From NCBI GenBank assembly GCA_965205425.1, contig CBDBGZ010000009.1:608001-672000 (forward strand): a stretch of 64,000 bases of DNA, in the 5' to 3' direction. Below, in pieces: positions 39,382-50,500 of the stretch. The DNA comes from Nitrosopumilus sp. (GTDB lineage: Archaea; Thermoproteota; Nitrososphaeria; Nitrososphaerales; Nitrosopumilaceae). Below the pieces are notes generated by a model. It saw only the letters and a list, made by a program, of their open reading frames with translations. It was not told the origin of the DNA and did not search any database. A program made the position numbers and the translations under genes. Positions within the stretch are counted from its first letter, which is position 1; every line of letters starts with the position of its first letter.

Positions 39382-40613
39382 TTTAGATCACCAATGATTG
39401 ATTTTGCGGCAATTTCAACTTTTTTTCTGTTCTTTTGATGGGTATAAACTCGAAGTATGTTCATGAACCCAGAAATTGCAGATACCACGGGTATTTGAGA
39501 AATAGGTATCTCTTTTGCCGATGATTTTCCACCCTCATTTGATATCAAAACTATCGATTTGGACTCGTTCTTTGAAGGTGCAAGTGGAATTGATGGAGTG
39601 ACAGAACTATCAACAAAAATCTCATTTTCACTCACTTTAGATTTTTTGGAGATTTCAACTCTAAGTTCATTAGTTAAAGTTTTTTTCAAATTTGTTCTAC
39701 TTGTAAGAATTCTCTCAAAAACACACTTTAACAATTTTCTATTTTGGTAATCTTCAGCAAATTGTCTTGCTCGTTTTAGTTTAGAAGATTTTGATGAAAT
39801 TAAAGACGATAAGACGTATTCATCAGTTAATTTAACAAATTCATTTAGATTAAAAGATGTAAATCCAAACTCATCATCAGATAATCTTAATGCTTCAATG
39901 AGCATGACTTCTGCAGCGCGAACTGTTTTATGAAAATATACTGCTTTGAACATTTGGTATCTAGAATGCATCATTGATTCAAAAGAATACAATGCTGAAC
40001 GCTCCAATGCAAGTTTTTTCTTATGAATGTCAAGTGATTGTGTAATTCTTTTATGATCTACCTTGGCATGTTCAGCACCTGTGAAATAACCATCTCTAAG
40101 TAAATAATCCATCATATCTGCACTTAATGCTCCAGATACAATTTCATTTAGATATTGGAATTTTGATTCTCCAAATGCAATTTTTGTTATAAGTTTTTTA
40201 TCAAAACCTGTTTTTGTAAGTACATCTCCAATTTCAGAGTTTAAGATTATTTTTTTACCATAATCTTCATGCGAAACTTTTTTTTCTTGAATTATTTCTT
40301 CAAATAAATGAGAAAATGGTCCATGACCAATATCATGCAATAAACCTGCCAGACGTAAAACTTGAATATCATCAGAATTTAGATATCCTTTTTCATTTAA
40401 TGCAAATCCAGCTTGACTAGCAATATGCATAACTCCTAGAGAATGTTCAAATCTACTATGTTGAGCTGCAGGATAAATCAAATGTGCACCAGAGAGTTGT
40501 CTAATCCGTCTTAATCTTTGAAAAAGAGGATTATCTATAATCGGAAGTTCATAATCATATACACGAATAAAGTCGTGAATTGGATCTATAATATCTAAAT
40601 AGTTTTTTTTCAT
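39378..40613 (-). CDS. HD-domain phosphohydrolase (SAMHD1/dNTPase-like)
   Basis: [34 protein letters not shown] and D.MDYL.RD motifs. Confidence 0.92.
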   Translation of the reverse strand: MKKNYLDIIDPIHDFIRVYDYELPIIDNPLFQRLRRIRQLSGAHLIYPAAQHSRFEHSLGVMHIASQAGFALNEKGYLNSDDIQVLRLAGLLHDIGHGPFSHLFEEIIQEKKVSHEDYGKKIILNSEIGDVLTKTGFDKKLITKIAFGESKFQYLNEIVSGALSADMMDYLLRDGYFTGAEHAKVDHKRITQSLDIHKKKLALERSALYSFESMMHSRYQMFKAVYFHKTVRAAEVMLIEALRLSDDEFGFTSFNLNEFVKLTDEYVLSSLISSKSSKLKRARQFAEDYQNRKLLKCVFERILTSRTNLKKTLTNELRVEISKKSKVSENEIFVDSSVTPSIPLAPSKNESKSIVLISNEGGKSSAKEIPISQIPVVSAISGFMNILRVYTHQKNRKKVEIAAKSIIGDLK

Positions 40614-41191
40614 AAGCCAAGTTTTTTTGAAAATGTTTTTAGAATTTCTTCATGAACTTCATCTTTAGATTTTGATGCATCAATAATTTTCCAATGTTTT
40701 TTCTTTGCAATAGTACGATAAATTTTAGATATTCTTCTTAAAAATTCTTCATTCTTTTCAAATTTATCTCTGTGAGTTTTTTGTCTATTAAATGATTCTT
40801 TTTGTGTTACGTCAAGTAAAATTACAAGATCAGCTTTTGGTAAACCATTATCTAAATTCTCCAGCCATTTTTGTTTCAAACCATTAGCCAAACCGTAAAT
40901 CAGATTTGAATGATAATACCTATTCATAATTAAAACAGAATTTTTTTCTTCAGCTGCTTTGATTGCGTCAAGTTTTTCCCATCTATTTGCTGCTAAAAGA
41001 CAATGAATTACCTGTGGAGGAAATTTCCGTTTTCCATCTAAATATTTCCTAATTTCCTTACCAATTGGTGTTTCGTAGTCAGGAAAATGAAATAATTTAG
41101 TCTTGATTTTACGTTTTTTCAGAGCTTTTGCTAACATTGTAGATTGTGTTAATTTACCTGCCTGATCTCCACCTTCAATGACAATAATCAT
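40610..41191 (-). CDS. tmk: Thymidylate kinase
   Basis: IEGGDQAGK.TQ, ANR.E, RY..S and LPKADL motifs. Confidence 0.94.
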   Translation of the reverse strand: MIIVIEGGDQAGKLTQSTMLAKALKKRKIKTKLFHFPDYETPIGKEIRKYLDGKRKFPPQVIHCLLAANRWEKLDAIKAAEEKNSVLIMNRYYHSNLIYGLANGLKQKWLENLDNGLPKADLVILLDVTQKESFNRQKTHRDKFEKNEEFLRRISKIYRTIAKKKHWKIIDASKSKDEVHEEILKTFSKKLGL

Positions 41192-41235
41192 AAGTTATCA
41201 AAACAGAGAAATTAATTGATTAAAAATCTATCAAG

Positions 41236-41375
41236 AGACGTCTTGCGTAATTATTTCTAGGCGTGAATTTTGCTGCAGGATTTTTCAAATTGGTTGAGAA
41301 ATTTGAATTTTCAGGTATGAATTCTGTTAAAATACAAAATTTGAGAAAAAATCTCTATAATTACGCAAGAGGTCT
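41236..41375. mobile_element. MITE family B (140 bp) in the tmk/hsp20 intergenic region
   Basis: 19-bp terminal IR AGACGTCTTGCGTAATTAT / ATAATTACGCAAGAGGTCT (18/19 match), flanked on both sides by AAG; non-coding interior; single copy in the window. Confidence 0.65.
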
Positions 41376-41411
41376 AAGGTTTATAACCAAAAATTGAGCA
41401 CATAACACAAA

Positions 41412-41792
41412 ATGGGTCTAGTTAAAGAAGTAATCAAAGAAATTGGAAACAAATCAAGGGAATTTTATGAATTTGTCCTACCACCAATTGACATGTACCT
41501 TAATGATGAAAATCTAAAAATTGTAATTGATATTCCAGGATTTACAAAAAAAGATATTGAATTATCTTTATGTGGAGATATTCTTTCTATAAATGCTAAA
41601 AAAATAATTGATGAAAAAGAATCTGAAACATTGATTTCAAATCAAAGACCAAATATTATTGATAAAAAAATTAGACTTCCTATAGAAATTAAACAGGGGG
41701 AAGAAAAAATAGAATCTGCAAAATATGAAAATGGAATTCTTACATTAATTATCTCTGTTACAAAGAAAGGAAAAAATATTCAAATAGAATAA
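41412..41792 (+). CDS. Small heat-shock protein (Hsp20/alpha-crystallin)
   Basis: DIPG..K.DI, I.LP, AKYENGIL and I.IE motifs. Confidence 0.93.
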   Translation: MGLVKEVIKEIGNKSREFYEFVLPPIDMYLNDENLKIVIDIPGFTKKDIELSLCGDILSINAKKIIDEKESETLISNQRPNIIDKKIRLPIEIKQGEEKIESAKYENGILTLIISVTKKGKNIQIE

Positions 41793-43337
41793 TTAGTATT
41801 TCCTAAAAAATCCTGAAGCTATCATTATTAATCCCGATGAAATCATTCCAATAATTCCTAATGATTCATTTGATTGGAATAATAATACAGATCCAATAAA
41901 AATTGCTGATGCAAAAATACTTCCACTAAGTAAAGCCATAGGTTTTCTTTTTTTCATAAAAATTTGAGCTTCATCCATTAGCTTTTGCATATCTGGTCCT
42001 AAACGAATTGCAGAGTCAATTGACTTTGAAAAATTTTCAAATGAGATCTTTAATTCTTCTACATATGCTCGTGGTATAAGATTCTCTTCTTGGAGAATAT
42101 TTTTTAATACTTTAACAAATTTGAAATCAACATCATGTGTTTTGTAAATTCCTTCAATAATTGATGCCATTCTCATATACAACGCTAAATTTTTGGGCAA
42201 TACAAAAGGGAATTTACTCATTGTTTGATTTGCAAGTTCCATTAAACTTTGTACTTCCATTTCATCAGGCTTATTTCCATGCATTGCACGAATCGAAAGC
42301 TCAATTCCTTTTTCAATAACTGCTCTGTTGTATCCAGGAGTTAGCATTGAAAGATCATTCATTGCATTAACTACTCGTGAAGGATTTTTTTCAACGAGTG
42401 CTAGATAAAGTCGTATTAACTTGAATCGTGTTTCATTGTTTATTCTTCCTACCATTCCATAATCATATAATATCAATTTCCCATCATCAGTCACTGAAAT
42501 GTTACCTGGATGCGGATCTGCATGAAAAATTGAATGCTTAAGAAGCATTGTGAAAAATACTTTGTGAACATCAATTACAAGTTGTTCCCTATCAATTCCT
42601 TTTTCATCTAAGGCTTGTACATTTGTGACCTTAATTCCTGGTAAATATTCCATAGTTAGAACATTTTTGGATGAAAAATCATCATAAACAGTGGGTACAA
42701 TGACGTTGTTTGAATTTTCCATGTCTTTTTTAATTTTTTTAAGATTCTCAGATTCGTTGGTATAATCCATCTCTTCATGGATGGTTTCAATAAATTGAGA
42801 AAGCATAGCTTTTGCAGAATAGCGTAAATTTGGATCAACAAATCTTAATGCGAAAGGGAGAACTTTTTTTAGAACTTTAAGATCTTTTGCTATAATTTTT
42901 TCTATTCCAGGTCTTTTGACTTTGACAACTATTTGTTGCCCAGAAATTGAACCACGATAAACTTGTCCTAATGAAGCACCTGAAATTGAATTAGGATCAA
43001 TTTCATCAAATTTTTCATCTATTGAACCAATTTCTTTTTCAATTATTGGTTTTACTTGATCAAATGGGGCAGATGGAACATTATCTTGAAGTTTTGAAAG
43101 CTCTTCCAAGTAAGGTTGAGGTAAAATATCGGCTCTTGAAGAAAGCCATTGACCTAGTTTTATGTAAACAGGTCCTAATGAAATAAAAGTATCCAAGACT
43201 TTACGAGCATTTTTTCTAAATTGTTTTGAATCAATTTGATTTTTTTCTTGATTAATCCATTTCTTTCTATCCTTACGTAATGCTAGAATAGAAGGGAGTA
43301 ATTTGAAAAGGACTTGGATTGTTCTAACAGTAGACAT
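41793..43337 (-). CDS. ABC1/UbiB/AarF atypical kinase
   Basis: LGP.YIKLGQ, ASLGQVY, VKV.RP, HADPHPGN and DYGM motifs. Confidence 0.94.
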   Translation of the reverse strand: MSTVRTIQVLFKLLPSILALRKDRKKWINQEKNQIDSKQFRKNARKVLDTFISLGPVYIKLGQWLSSRADILPQPYLEELSKLQDNVPSAPFDQVKPIIEKEIGSIDEKFDEIDPNSISGASLGQVYRGSISGQQIVVKVKRPGIEKIIAKDLKVLKKVLPFALRFVDPNLRYSAKAMLSQFIETIHEEMDYTNESENLKKIKKDMENSNNVIVPTVYDDFSSKNVLTMEYLPGIKVTNVQALDEKGIDREQLVIDVHKVFFTMLLKHSIFHADPHPGNISVTDDGKLILYDYGMVGRINNETRFKLIRLYLALVEKNPSRVVNAMNDLSMLTPGYNRAVIEKGIELSIRAMHGNKPDEMEVQSLMELANQTMSKFPFVLPKNLALYMRMASIIEGIYKTHDVDFKFVKVLKNILQEENLIPRAYVEELKISFENFSKSIDSAIRLGPDMQKLMDEAQIFMKKRKPMALLSGSIFASAIFIGSVLLFQSNESLGIIGMISSGLIMIASGFFRKY

Positions 43338-43342
43338 ATTAT

Positions 43343-43726
43343 TTACTCCAAATAACTTTTAATTTTCTTAGTTGCTACGTAGCCGAAATATCCAGAAATT
43401 ATTGACGAGAGTAAACCAGTAGAAATAGTTAATTTTTTTGAATCTTTATTCATTACTTTCTTTGCAATTTGTGAACCTCCAAAAACTCCACATGCTAAAC
43501 CAATTAAGACTTCAGGTGCATCATAAACTAAATGTCCAATCGGATCAATTCTAGGATCAATTTTATCTGTATGAACTAAAAATTTATCATTATATTCTCT
43601 AATGTGTAAATTACCATAACGGTATTGTTTATCTGCTCCATTTTTTTGTCCAAGGAATGTTTCTTCAGCATCTTCTAGCATGAATTCTCGTAATTCCTTT
43701 GGGACTTCAATTTCATCCCCAGGCAT
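43343..43726 (-). CDS. Conserved archaeal hypothetical membrane protein
   Basis: LG...GA..QYR...LHIREY...H.D..DP..DP.GHL..DAPE pattern followed by TM segments. Confidence 0.75.
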   Translation of the reverse strand: MPGDEIEVPKELREFMLEDAEETFLGQKNGADKQYRYGNLHIREYNDKFLVHTDKIDPRIDPIGHLVYDAPEVLIGLACGVFGGSQIAKKVMNKDSKKLTISTGLLSSIISGYFGYVATKKIKSYLE

Positions 43727-43959
43727 AATCGCAAGATCTAGTAATTGCTTATAATCTTACGGTATAGAATACGAACAGTCTAAGACCAATAACGAATTGT
43801 ATTTTGGTGACGACTAGATTAATTGTAGTAAAATAGTATTTAGATCTCACTGAGAATTTCTACGTGTATCTTTTATTCAGAAAAAATATATTTTATTCAA
43901 ATAGATAGGATGGAGGCTTTTCTCAAAAAATGTCCTTACACCATCTATTACATAAAATA

Positions 43960-44154
43960 TCATGTTTTCAAATTATTTTTTGTAAAAAGTATAAAACTTA
44001 TTCCAAATGCTATTAACATTAACACTCCAGTTACGTATGCATAATTAAATCCAATATTTGGATGAGTTTCTTGATGGTAATAATTTATCAAAAATGTTAG
44101 AACTAACAAAATTGCACCAAGATAAGTTAATTTGTGATGAATTTCCATCAACAT
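43960..44154 (-). CDS. Small 2-TM hypothetical protein
   Basis: Two hydrophobic helices. Confidence 0.6.
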   Translation of the reverse strand: MLMEIHHKLTYLGAILLVLTFLINYYHQETHPNIGFNYAYVTGVLMLIAFGISFILFTKNNLKT

Positions 44155-44190
44155 AAAAAAATCTCAATAACTATATGAACTTAGGAAAAT

Positions 44191-44265
44191 TTACAAAAGT
44201 GGAGTTGTGATAAATCCCACAATACTACCTGCTAGAAAGAGAAAAATGCCCTTTGCCATACCCAA
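44191..44265 (-). CDS. Possible 22-24-aa hydrophobic peptide
   Basis: (MG)MAKGIFLFLAGSIVGFITTPLL; TTATAT box about 24 nt upstream. Confidence 0.3.
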   Translation of the reverse strand: MGMAKGIFLFLAGSIVGFITTPLL

Positions 44266-44330
44266 TATTATTTCCTTAAGATATGATATAATCATGATCT
44301 AAATTTCCCAAAAATGGAAATATCTATTGA

Positions 44331-44663
44331 TTATGGGTCAGATTCCATTTGGGACAATTTTGTAATTACTTGTTCCAATTCTGCTTTGTTTTCATCAATT
44401 ACTCGTTTTATTACTTCAATCTCTTCATTAATTTGATCTAAATGTACATCATCAGAATTTGTGATTTGATTTTCTAGATCTTCTAAGACTTGTTGATTAT
44501 ACTGATTTATTTTTTCTAATTCATTTTTGTATTTTTCTAATTTTTCATATTGATTAGAAATTTCAGGAACATCAATGTATTCTTGAGATGATAGAAAACC
44601 TAATGAAATTACTACACCACCTATAGATAAGACTGCAATGAGAATGATAATAGTTAATCTCAA
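44331..44663 (-). CDS. Membrane-anchored coiled-coil protein
   Basis: N-terminal TM followed by a heptad-rich E/K/Q/L region. Confidence 0.7.
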   Translation of the reverse strand: MRLTIIILIAVLSIGGVVISLGFLSSQEYIDVPEISNQYEKLEKYKNELEKINQYNQQVLEDLENQITNSDDVHLDQINEEIEVIKRVIDENKAELEQVITKLSQMESDP

Positions 44664-44708
44664 TTTGATTAATACTTAATTCTCCATTTTAGATTTAAAA
44701 TTATATCT

Positions 44709-46013
44709 TTAATTTACCTCAATTGCAGCTTTTTTACGCCTGCGAATTATGTAAAATGCTGCACCAATTACCAAAATTAATGGAATGATAATCATTGTTG
44801 GATCAGTTTGATTTTCATCACCATTTGTTGGCTCTTCAACAAAAATTGTCTGTTCATGAGTTAGAAAGATCTCATCCCTAGTACTATCTTTGTATCTAAC
44901 TGTAATTTTGATATCATGTTCTCCATATTTTGGTTCACCATCAAATTCAATTGGGATGTTAAATGGCACTGGTGCATCAACTTCAATTTCATCAATAAAT
45001 TGAGTTGTTGATTTAATATTAGAATCACCTTTAGATTCAATAGAAACAAAACCAAATAATCCATCTTCATTTCCTTCATTAATTATCTCTCCAATTACCA
45101 TTTGTGTACCAGATAATTCAATAACATCTACATTGAAAATAGTTAAATCAATCAATCCTTTAATGTAAAAATCAACAATCTTTGAAACTTCATGCAAATC
45201 TCCATGTGCATTATAATATGAAATGGACAAAGGGATTCTTAGAGTATCACCTCTTAATGATTCAGGGACATATACTGTTGCAGTAAGATGTTTTGCAGAT
45301 TTTGGATCAATATTTCCAACATCCCAACTAGATTCCAAAATTACAACATTTTCAACATTGGTTGTAGATGATGATGTAGATGCAAGTTCAGTAGATGTAT
45401 TTGTTGCAATAATATCTACACCAGAAATTTGAGCAGTGCCATCATTAGCAATTTCAATTACTACATTATTGGATCTTAAAGAGGTAAGAAACGGTTCCAT
45501 AGCTTTAACATTGATTACACTATCACCTGTTACCTTAAAATCAAAATCAGCAAATGCTGTTCTAACTCCAGATTCTCTTAATCTAGAATAATCTACTTTT
45601 ACAGTTCCAGGATATTGTTGAATTTGTGCATTTTTGCCAATGTTTACAAAAAATGTTAAGTGGAAATTCTCTCCTGCTAATGAGTTTGAATCACTATCAG
45701 CATGAATTACTGAGCCTGGACCATCAGATGCAGAAAAACCTAATGGTAGAGATAATTGTCCTCTAATTCCTGTAATATCTTGAGTTCCTACATTAGCAAA
45801 TACAACAGTAAATGGAACATTACCGTCTCCTGATTCAACTTCAATTTTATCATTAAGCGTACCAAAATATGCATCTAAAAATTTGACATCACCAAAATCT
45901 CTTTCAAATGGAGATTGTCCAAATCCTCCAGATGTAATTTGTGCATGAGAATTACCAATAATCATTGGAAGCAACCATATCACAAGTAATGATAAAATAA
46001 TTTTAGAATTCAT
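44709..46013 (-). CDS. COG1361 S-layer-domain (CARDB-like) membrane-anchored protein
   Basis: Signal peptide, repeated N.G Ig-like motifs, C-terminal TM plus RRRKK; downstream of the ABC genes. Confidence 0.8.
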   Translation of the reverse strand: MNSKIILSLLVIWLLPMIIGNSHAQITSGGFGQSPFERDFGDVKFLDAYFGTLNDKIEVESGDGNVPFTVVFANVGTQDITGIRGQLSLPLGFSASDGPGSVIHADSDSNSLAGENFHLTFFVNIGKNAQIQQYPGTVKVDYSRLRESGVRTAFADFDFKVTGDSVINVKAMEPFLTSLRSNNVVIEIANDGTAQISGVDIIATNTSTELASTSSSTTNVENVVILESSWDVGNIDPKSAKHLTATVYVPESLRGDTLRIPLSISYYNAHGDLHEVSKIVDFYIKGLIDLTIFNVDVIELSGTQMVIGEIINEGNEDGLFGFVSIESKGDSNIKSTTQFIDEIEVDAPVPFNIPIEFDGEPKYGEHDIKITVRYKDSTRDEIFLTHEQTIFVEEPTNGDENQTDPTMIIIPLILVIGAAFYIIRRRKKAAIEVN

Positions 46014-46705
46014 TATGCAGTTATCTCCATTTTTGGTGGTACATCACCTTCAAATGCTCTACCATCTTTAATTGTAATTACTCTATCAACATCACCGAAA
46101 TGTTGTCTATCATGTGTTACGATAATGAATGTCTGGTTTAGTTTTTTGGCCATTGATTTCATTAATTGAACAATTGTTTCGGAAGTAACAGAATCAAGAT
46201 TGCCTGTTGGCTCATCTGCTAATACAATTGATGGTTTATTGATTAAACCTCGTGCAATAGCTACTCTTTGAGCTTGTCCACCAGATATTTTATTGGCACG
46301 TTTATGGATTTGACCTTCAAGTCCAACTGCTTTTAGTAAATCTATTGCATCTTTTTCAGCATTGTTATTACCTGCCATTTGTAGAGGTAACAAAACATTT
46401 TCTAAAACTGAAAGATCAGTGAGTAGATTTGAGAATTGGAAGATAAATCCAAGTTTTTTATTTCTAAATGAAGATATTTCATTATCATTGAGTGTAGTAG
46501 TATCAACTCCATCAATTGAGATTTTTCCATTTGTAGGATGATCTAATAATCCAATCATATTTAGTAATGTAGATTTACCAGATCCAGAACTACCAACAAT
46601 TAAAACAAATTCTCCTTGTTTAATTGAAAATGAAACATCATCAAGAGCTTTTACTTGACTATCACTTTCCCCATAGATTTTATTGAGATTATTAATCTCA
46701 AGCAC
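46013..46705 (-). CDS. LolD/MacB-like ABC transporter ATP-binding protein (probable GTG start 46705)
   Basis: GSSGSGKST, GFIFQ, SGGQAQRVAIAR and ADEPTGNLD motifs. Confidence 0.93.
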   Translation of the reverse strand: MLEINNLNKIYGESDSQVKALDDVSFSIKQGEFVLIVGSSGSGKSTLLNMIGLLDHPTNGKISIDGVDTTTLNDNEISSFRNKKLGFIFQFSNLLTDLSVLENVLLPLQMAGNNNAEKDAIDLLKAVGLEGQIHKRANKISGGQAQRVAIARGLINKPSIVLADEPTGNLDSVTSETIVQLMKSMAKKLNQTFIIVTHDRQHFGDVDRVITIKDGRAFEGDVPPKMEITA

Positions 46706-46706
46706 G

Positions 46707-47894
46707 TTAGACAGTTCGCATAGCCTCCACAGGTAGTAATTTTGTCGCTCTATACGACGGGTATAGAGATGCAATTATTGCTAAACTAAATGACATTAAT
46801 GCTGTTTGGAAAATTTTTTCCCAGTTATAGGTTACTTCTAGTTCAAGACTTCCAGCAAATGACATTTTTGTTTCTTTAGCGTAAAAAGTATAACCTAATC
46901 CAGCTGCAGTGCCAACACCAGCACCAATAGCTCCAATTATCATTCCTTGAAAAATAAAAATTATTAAAATATCTTTTCGTTTAGCTCCTATAGATCTCAT
47001 TACACCTATTTCTCTAGTTTTCCCATTTACTAACATCATTTGGATTGTAACAACTGCAAATGCAGAAGACATCATTCCGAAATAACCAACCATGTTAATC
47101 ATAGCAATACCAGATCTAAAACCTTCAAGTTGTGATTCAGATGCTTCTTCTGTAGTTTCAGCAATAAAGTCATCGTTAGGAAATGAACGCAAAAAGAATT
47201 CTTTAACTTCTGTTGAAGTAGAGGAATCATGTAGTTTTACCATAAATGAACTTGTATCTCCATGTCTACTCATCATATCACGTAAAGTATCAATATGAAT
47301 AACACCAGAATAATCAAATCCTGTTCCTCCTGGCGAATCTGCTATTCCAGTAACTAGAAATCTTCTAATTTGATCTTGTCCCCATCTATCAACTACAAGA
47401 ACTTTTACGCTATCACCTACTTGAGCTCCTCCTAAATCTCTTGCAACAGAAGATCCTAATACAATAGAGTTTCTTGAAAAAACAAAACTTCCATCAGAAA
47501 CAGTCGCGTGTGCTGTAGAAGCTCTAACATCATTAAATGGATCAACTCCTACCAATGGAATTCTACTTTCTTCAACTAATTTTCCATTTTTTGTCATGTT
47601 CATTTCAGATGTTGCAGATAGCCGCGGAGTTGCGGCTTTAACATCTGGGATGCGTTCAAACCATCGAATAAGAGACTGATCAGATTTATCAATAAAATCA
47701 AATTCATCAGTTACAATCACATCACCTGTAGTGTAATCACGGATATCTCTGACAAAAGCATCATACAATCCTTGAAAAATTACAAAATTTACGTGAATAA
47801 CTAAAATCCCAACAGTTACCGCTAAAATGGCTCCAATTAGACTACCTCTTTTATTGAATAGCATTCTTTTTGCAAGTTTTACCCTATAATCCAC
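46707..47894 (-). CDS. FtsX/MacB/LolE-like ABC transporter permease
   Basis: TREIGVMRSIGA and YPSYRA...PVEA motifs. Confidence 0.92.
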   Translation of the reverse strand: MDYRVKLAKRMLFNKRGSLIGAILAVTVGILVIHVNFVIFQGLYDAFVRDIRDYTTGDVIVTDEFDFIDKSDQSLIRWFERIPDVKAATPRLSATSEMNMTKNGKLVEESRIPLVGVDPFNDVRASTAHATVSDGSFVFSRNSIVLGSSVARDLGGAQVGDSVKVLVVDRWGQDQIRRFLVTGIADSPGGTGFDYSGVIHIDTLRDMMSRHGDTSSFMVKLHDSSTSTEVKEFFLRSFPNDDFIAETTEEASESQLEGFRSGIAMINMVGYFGMMSSAFAVVTIQMMLVNGKTREIGVMRSIGAKRKDILIIFIFQGMIIGAIGAGVGTAAGLGYTFYAKETKMSFAGSLELEVTYNWEKIFQTALMSFSLAIIASLYPSYRATKLLPVEAMRTV

Positions 47895-48010
47895 GATAGA
47901 AATAGAATAGTCTAATATATAATGTCTATGATGTATAGTGCTAACAGTATAGACAATTTTATATCATATTAGTTATTTCTATAGTTCATGGAGTCCTTTT
48001 AGGTGATATA

Positions 48011-48913
48011 ATGGACAATTTAGATATGAAAATATTGAATCGGTTATTGAATAATTGTAGAGAATCTGACAGGCAAATAGGCATAGAATTAGGAATTTCT
48101 GGAGGTGCAGTAAGAGCTAGAATTCGAAAGATGCAAAAAAACAAAATCATAGAGGATTTCTTCATCAAAGTAGAGCCTCCTGTATTGGGCTATGGAATAT
48201 TGTACTTTGTAGTTACAGGTGAAAATATTTCAGAAATTTTAGAGCAAGCTAGTCTCGTGGGTGAACCATATTTTGTCGTTCCATGTGTAGGAGGAATAAC
48301 AGTCTGTGGAATTTCTATTAAAGAAAATATAAATCAGAAAATTGAACTTGCAAAAAAATTGATGAAAGATGTCAGAGTTCTAAGTATATTCGAGGCAGAA
48401 AATCCTGGATTTAGTTCAAATTTAACAAAAACTGATTTAGAAATCTTAGAAGAATTAATTAAAGATCCAAGACAAAAAATTGAACAAATTGCAAAGAATA
48501 CAAAAATGTCAACAAAAACAATCACTAGATGCATAGAAAAATTTCAAGAAAATGATGGAATACAGTTTACATTAGTTTATGATCCAAAAAAAATTGAAGG
48601 TTTTATTCCTCATGCTGTACTAACATGGATTGATGGAGATTTAAAAGAAACCTTAGAAACATTAAACAATTCATTTTCAAATTCATATTTACAAATTCCT
48701 TTTATAGCAAAAAATCAAATTGTTTTGTTTATGTATAGTGATAGTATTTTTAAAATGGATGAATTAACACAAAAAGTTAGAAATGTTAAAAATGTAAAAT
48801 CAGCAGATTTGTTTATTCCAAAAAAGATTTTATTTTATATTAAATGGATAGAAAAAGCTATTAATGATTTTAAAAAATCACCTAAATTACATTTATCATA
48901 TCAAACAAATTAA
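48011..48913 (+). CDS. Lrp/AsnC-family regulator with tandem HTH-RAM units
   Basis: MDNLD.KIL..L..NCR.S and LTKTDLEILEEL..DPR HTH motifs. Confidence 0.85.
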   Translation: MDNLDMKILNRLLNNCRESDRQIGIELGISGGAVRARIRKMQKNKIIEDFFIKVEPPVLGYGILYFVVTGENISEILEQASLVGEPYFVVPCVGGITVCGISIKENINQKIELAKKLMKDVRVLSIFEAENPGFSSNLTKTDLEILEELIKDPRQKIEQIAKNTKMSTKTITRCIEKFQENDGIQFTLVYDPKKIEGFIPHAVLTWIDGDLKETLETLNNSFSNSYLQIPFIAKNQIVLFMYSDSIFKMDELTQKVRNVKNVKSADLFIPKKILFYIKWIEKAINDFKKSPKLHLSYQTN

Positions 48914-48938
48914 ATAAGAATAATTTTCTATATACAAT

Positions 48939-49454
48939 ATGAAAGAAACTAAAATTTATGAAGGAAAAATTTTAGGTCTTAGTGTTTATGATGGAAAAAT
49001 AGAAGGTAGAAAAATTAAACGAGAATATATTAAACATAGAGGAGCTGCAGCAATGCTTGCTTTTGATGAAAATAAAAAAATAATTCTTGTTAAACAGCAC
49101 AGATTCCCACATGGATATGTTTTAGAAATTCCTGCTGGAACACTAGAAAAAGAAGAAGAACCGATAAAATGTGCATTTAGAGAATTGGAAGAAGAGACAG
49201 GATACAGAGCAAAAAAGATGACTCCTTTGATTACATACTATCCTTCAATTGGCTATAATGCAGAGGTGATTCATTGTTTTGTAGCCTCAGGATTAAAGAA
49301 AATTTCAGATTTGAAACTTGATGAGGATGAGATTTTGTCAGTAGTAAAAATGGAGTTTAAAAAAGTACTATCAATGATAAAAACTGGGAAAATTCAAGAT
49401 TCAAAAACTATTTGTGCTGTTTTGACATATGCTACAAAGAAAAAATTGTATTAA
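48939..49454 (+). CDS. NUDIX hydrolase (ADP-ribose pyrophosphatase-like)
   Basis: EIPAG...[12 protein letters not shown] and DSKT motifs. Confidence 0.93.
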   Translation: MKETKIYEGKILGLSVYDGKIEGRKIKREYIKHRGAAAMLAFDENKKIILVKQHRFPHGYVLEIPAGTLEKEEEPIKCAFRELEEETGYRAKKMTPLITYYPSIGYNAEVIHCFVASGLKKISDLKLDEDEILSVVKMEFKKVLSMIKTGKIQDSKTICAVLTYATKKKLY

Positions 49455-50435
49455 TTATTCATTGTAAATAGGTTGTACAAGATCTGCAACATCAGCCCAA
49501 GATTGTGCAATTCTTTCAAACATGTAAATTAAATCAAGGAAATCCAATGGAATTTGTTTTTTATTATCTAAACTAGTTCGTAGTAAACTAAGTTTTTCTT
49601 CATATTGTTTATGTAATGATATTGCCTCTATAGCTAAAAGTCTGTCAGGTTTTGTAAATGCATCAATAGATTTTTCTGCAAGTTTATTAAAATCTCTTAC
49701 TACATCATAAATTTTCTTTGAATATTCTTTTGATAAAGAAAAATTAAAAATGAAATTTGATAATTCAACAATAGAATCACCAGCATTTTCAAGAACATTT
49801 GCAGCAACTCTATAATCAAGCACATCAATATTTTCTAAATTAAATGCATTAGCTAATCTTCTATCAACTAAAGTACTACGAATTAGACGAACCAATAAAA
49901 AATATTGTCTATTTACTTCAACATCTCGATTTGATAATGTTTGTAGATTAGATTTATCATCTGAAATTAATCCATTTAAAACATCATCATACATTCCAAG
50001 TGCAATTGAACTCATTCTCTTGAGAATTTTTGCAGGATCAAGAGTTGTTGCATCCAAAAGAAATTGCATGTTAATATGAGATGCATCCTCTTCAATTATT
50101 TCCATTCCAACTAGACGTCTCATTGAATTACGAATTTCTTCTCTATCTTTACCTGGAATAATTGATTTTGAATTAATTTCAATTATGTCATATCCTAAAA
50201 GATATGCACCAGTAATATTTGCTACAATATTTTCTTCTTTAGGTAATGGATAAGAAATCACAAGTTCTTTTGTTGGACGAGTTTCTTTATTGGCAGAAAT
50301 TGAAATGCTATCTTGACCAGTTTCAAGTTCAACTTGGCTGCTTTTATCTAGATTATTTGCATCAACCCATTCTTTAGGTAATGATACTAGGATGCTACTT
50401 CCAATTCTTTGTAGGCGTCGAATGAATTTAGTCAA
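49455..50435 (-). CDS. Archaeal phosphate uptake regulator (AbrB + PhoU domains)
   Basis: RRLQ..GSS..VSLPK.W N-terminus; D..V.R.Y.L..R and ERIA PhoU motifs. Confidence 0.9.
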   Translation of the reverse strand: MTKFIRRLQRIGSSILVSLPKEWVDANNLDKSSQVELETGQDSISISANKETRPTKELVISYPLPKEENIVANITGAYLLGYDIIEINSKSIIPGKDREEIRNSMRRLVGMEIIEEDASHINMQFLLDATTLDPAKILKRMSSIALGMYDDVLNGLISDDKSNLQTLSNRDVEVNRQYFLLVRLIRSTLVDRRLANAFNLENIDVLDYRVAANVLENAGDSIVELSNFIFNFSLSKEYSKKIYDVVRDFNKLAEKSIDAFTKPDRLLAIEAISLHKQYEEKLSLLRTSLDNKKQIPLDFLDLIYMFERIAQSWADVADLVQPIYNE

Positions 50436-50500
50436 TTTATACTAATTTAATTAATTTAAGCCATATTCTTATATTTTGTGTAAAATTTAAACTCAGATCA

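Noticed and set aside
43750..43955. Possible IS-end remnant (TAAGACCAATAACGAA) and weak hairpin
   Set aside because: No matching second end or target duplication; pairing is unconvincing in AT-rich DNA.
47923..47955. 7-bp inverted repeat TGTCTAT...ATAGACA between the ABC permease and Lrp genes
   Set aside because: Short, long spacer and single occurrence; could be chance.
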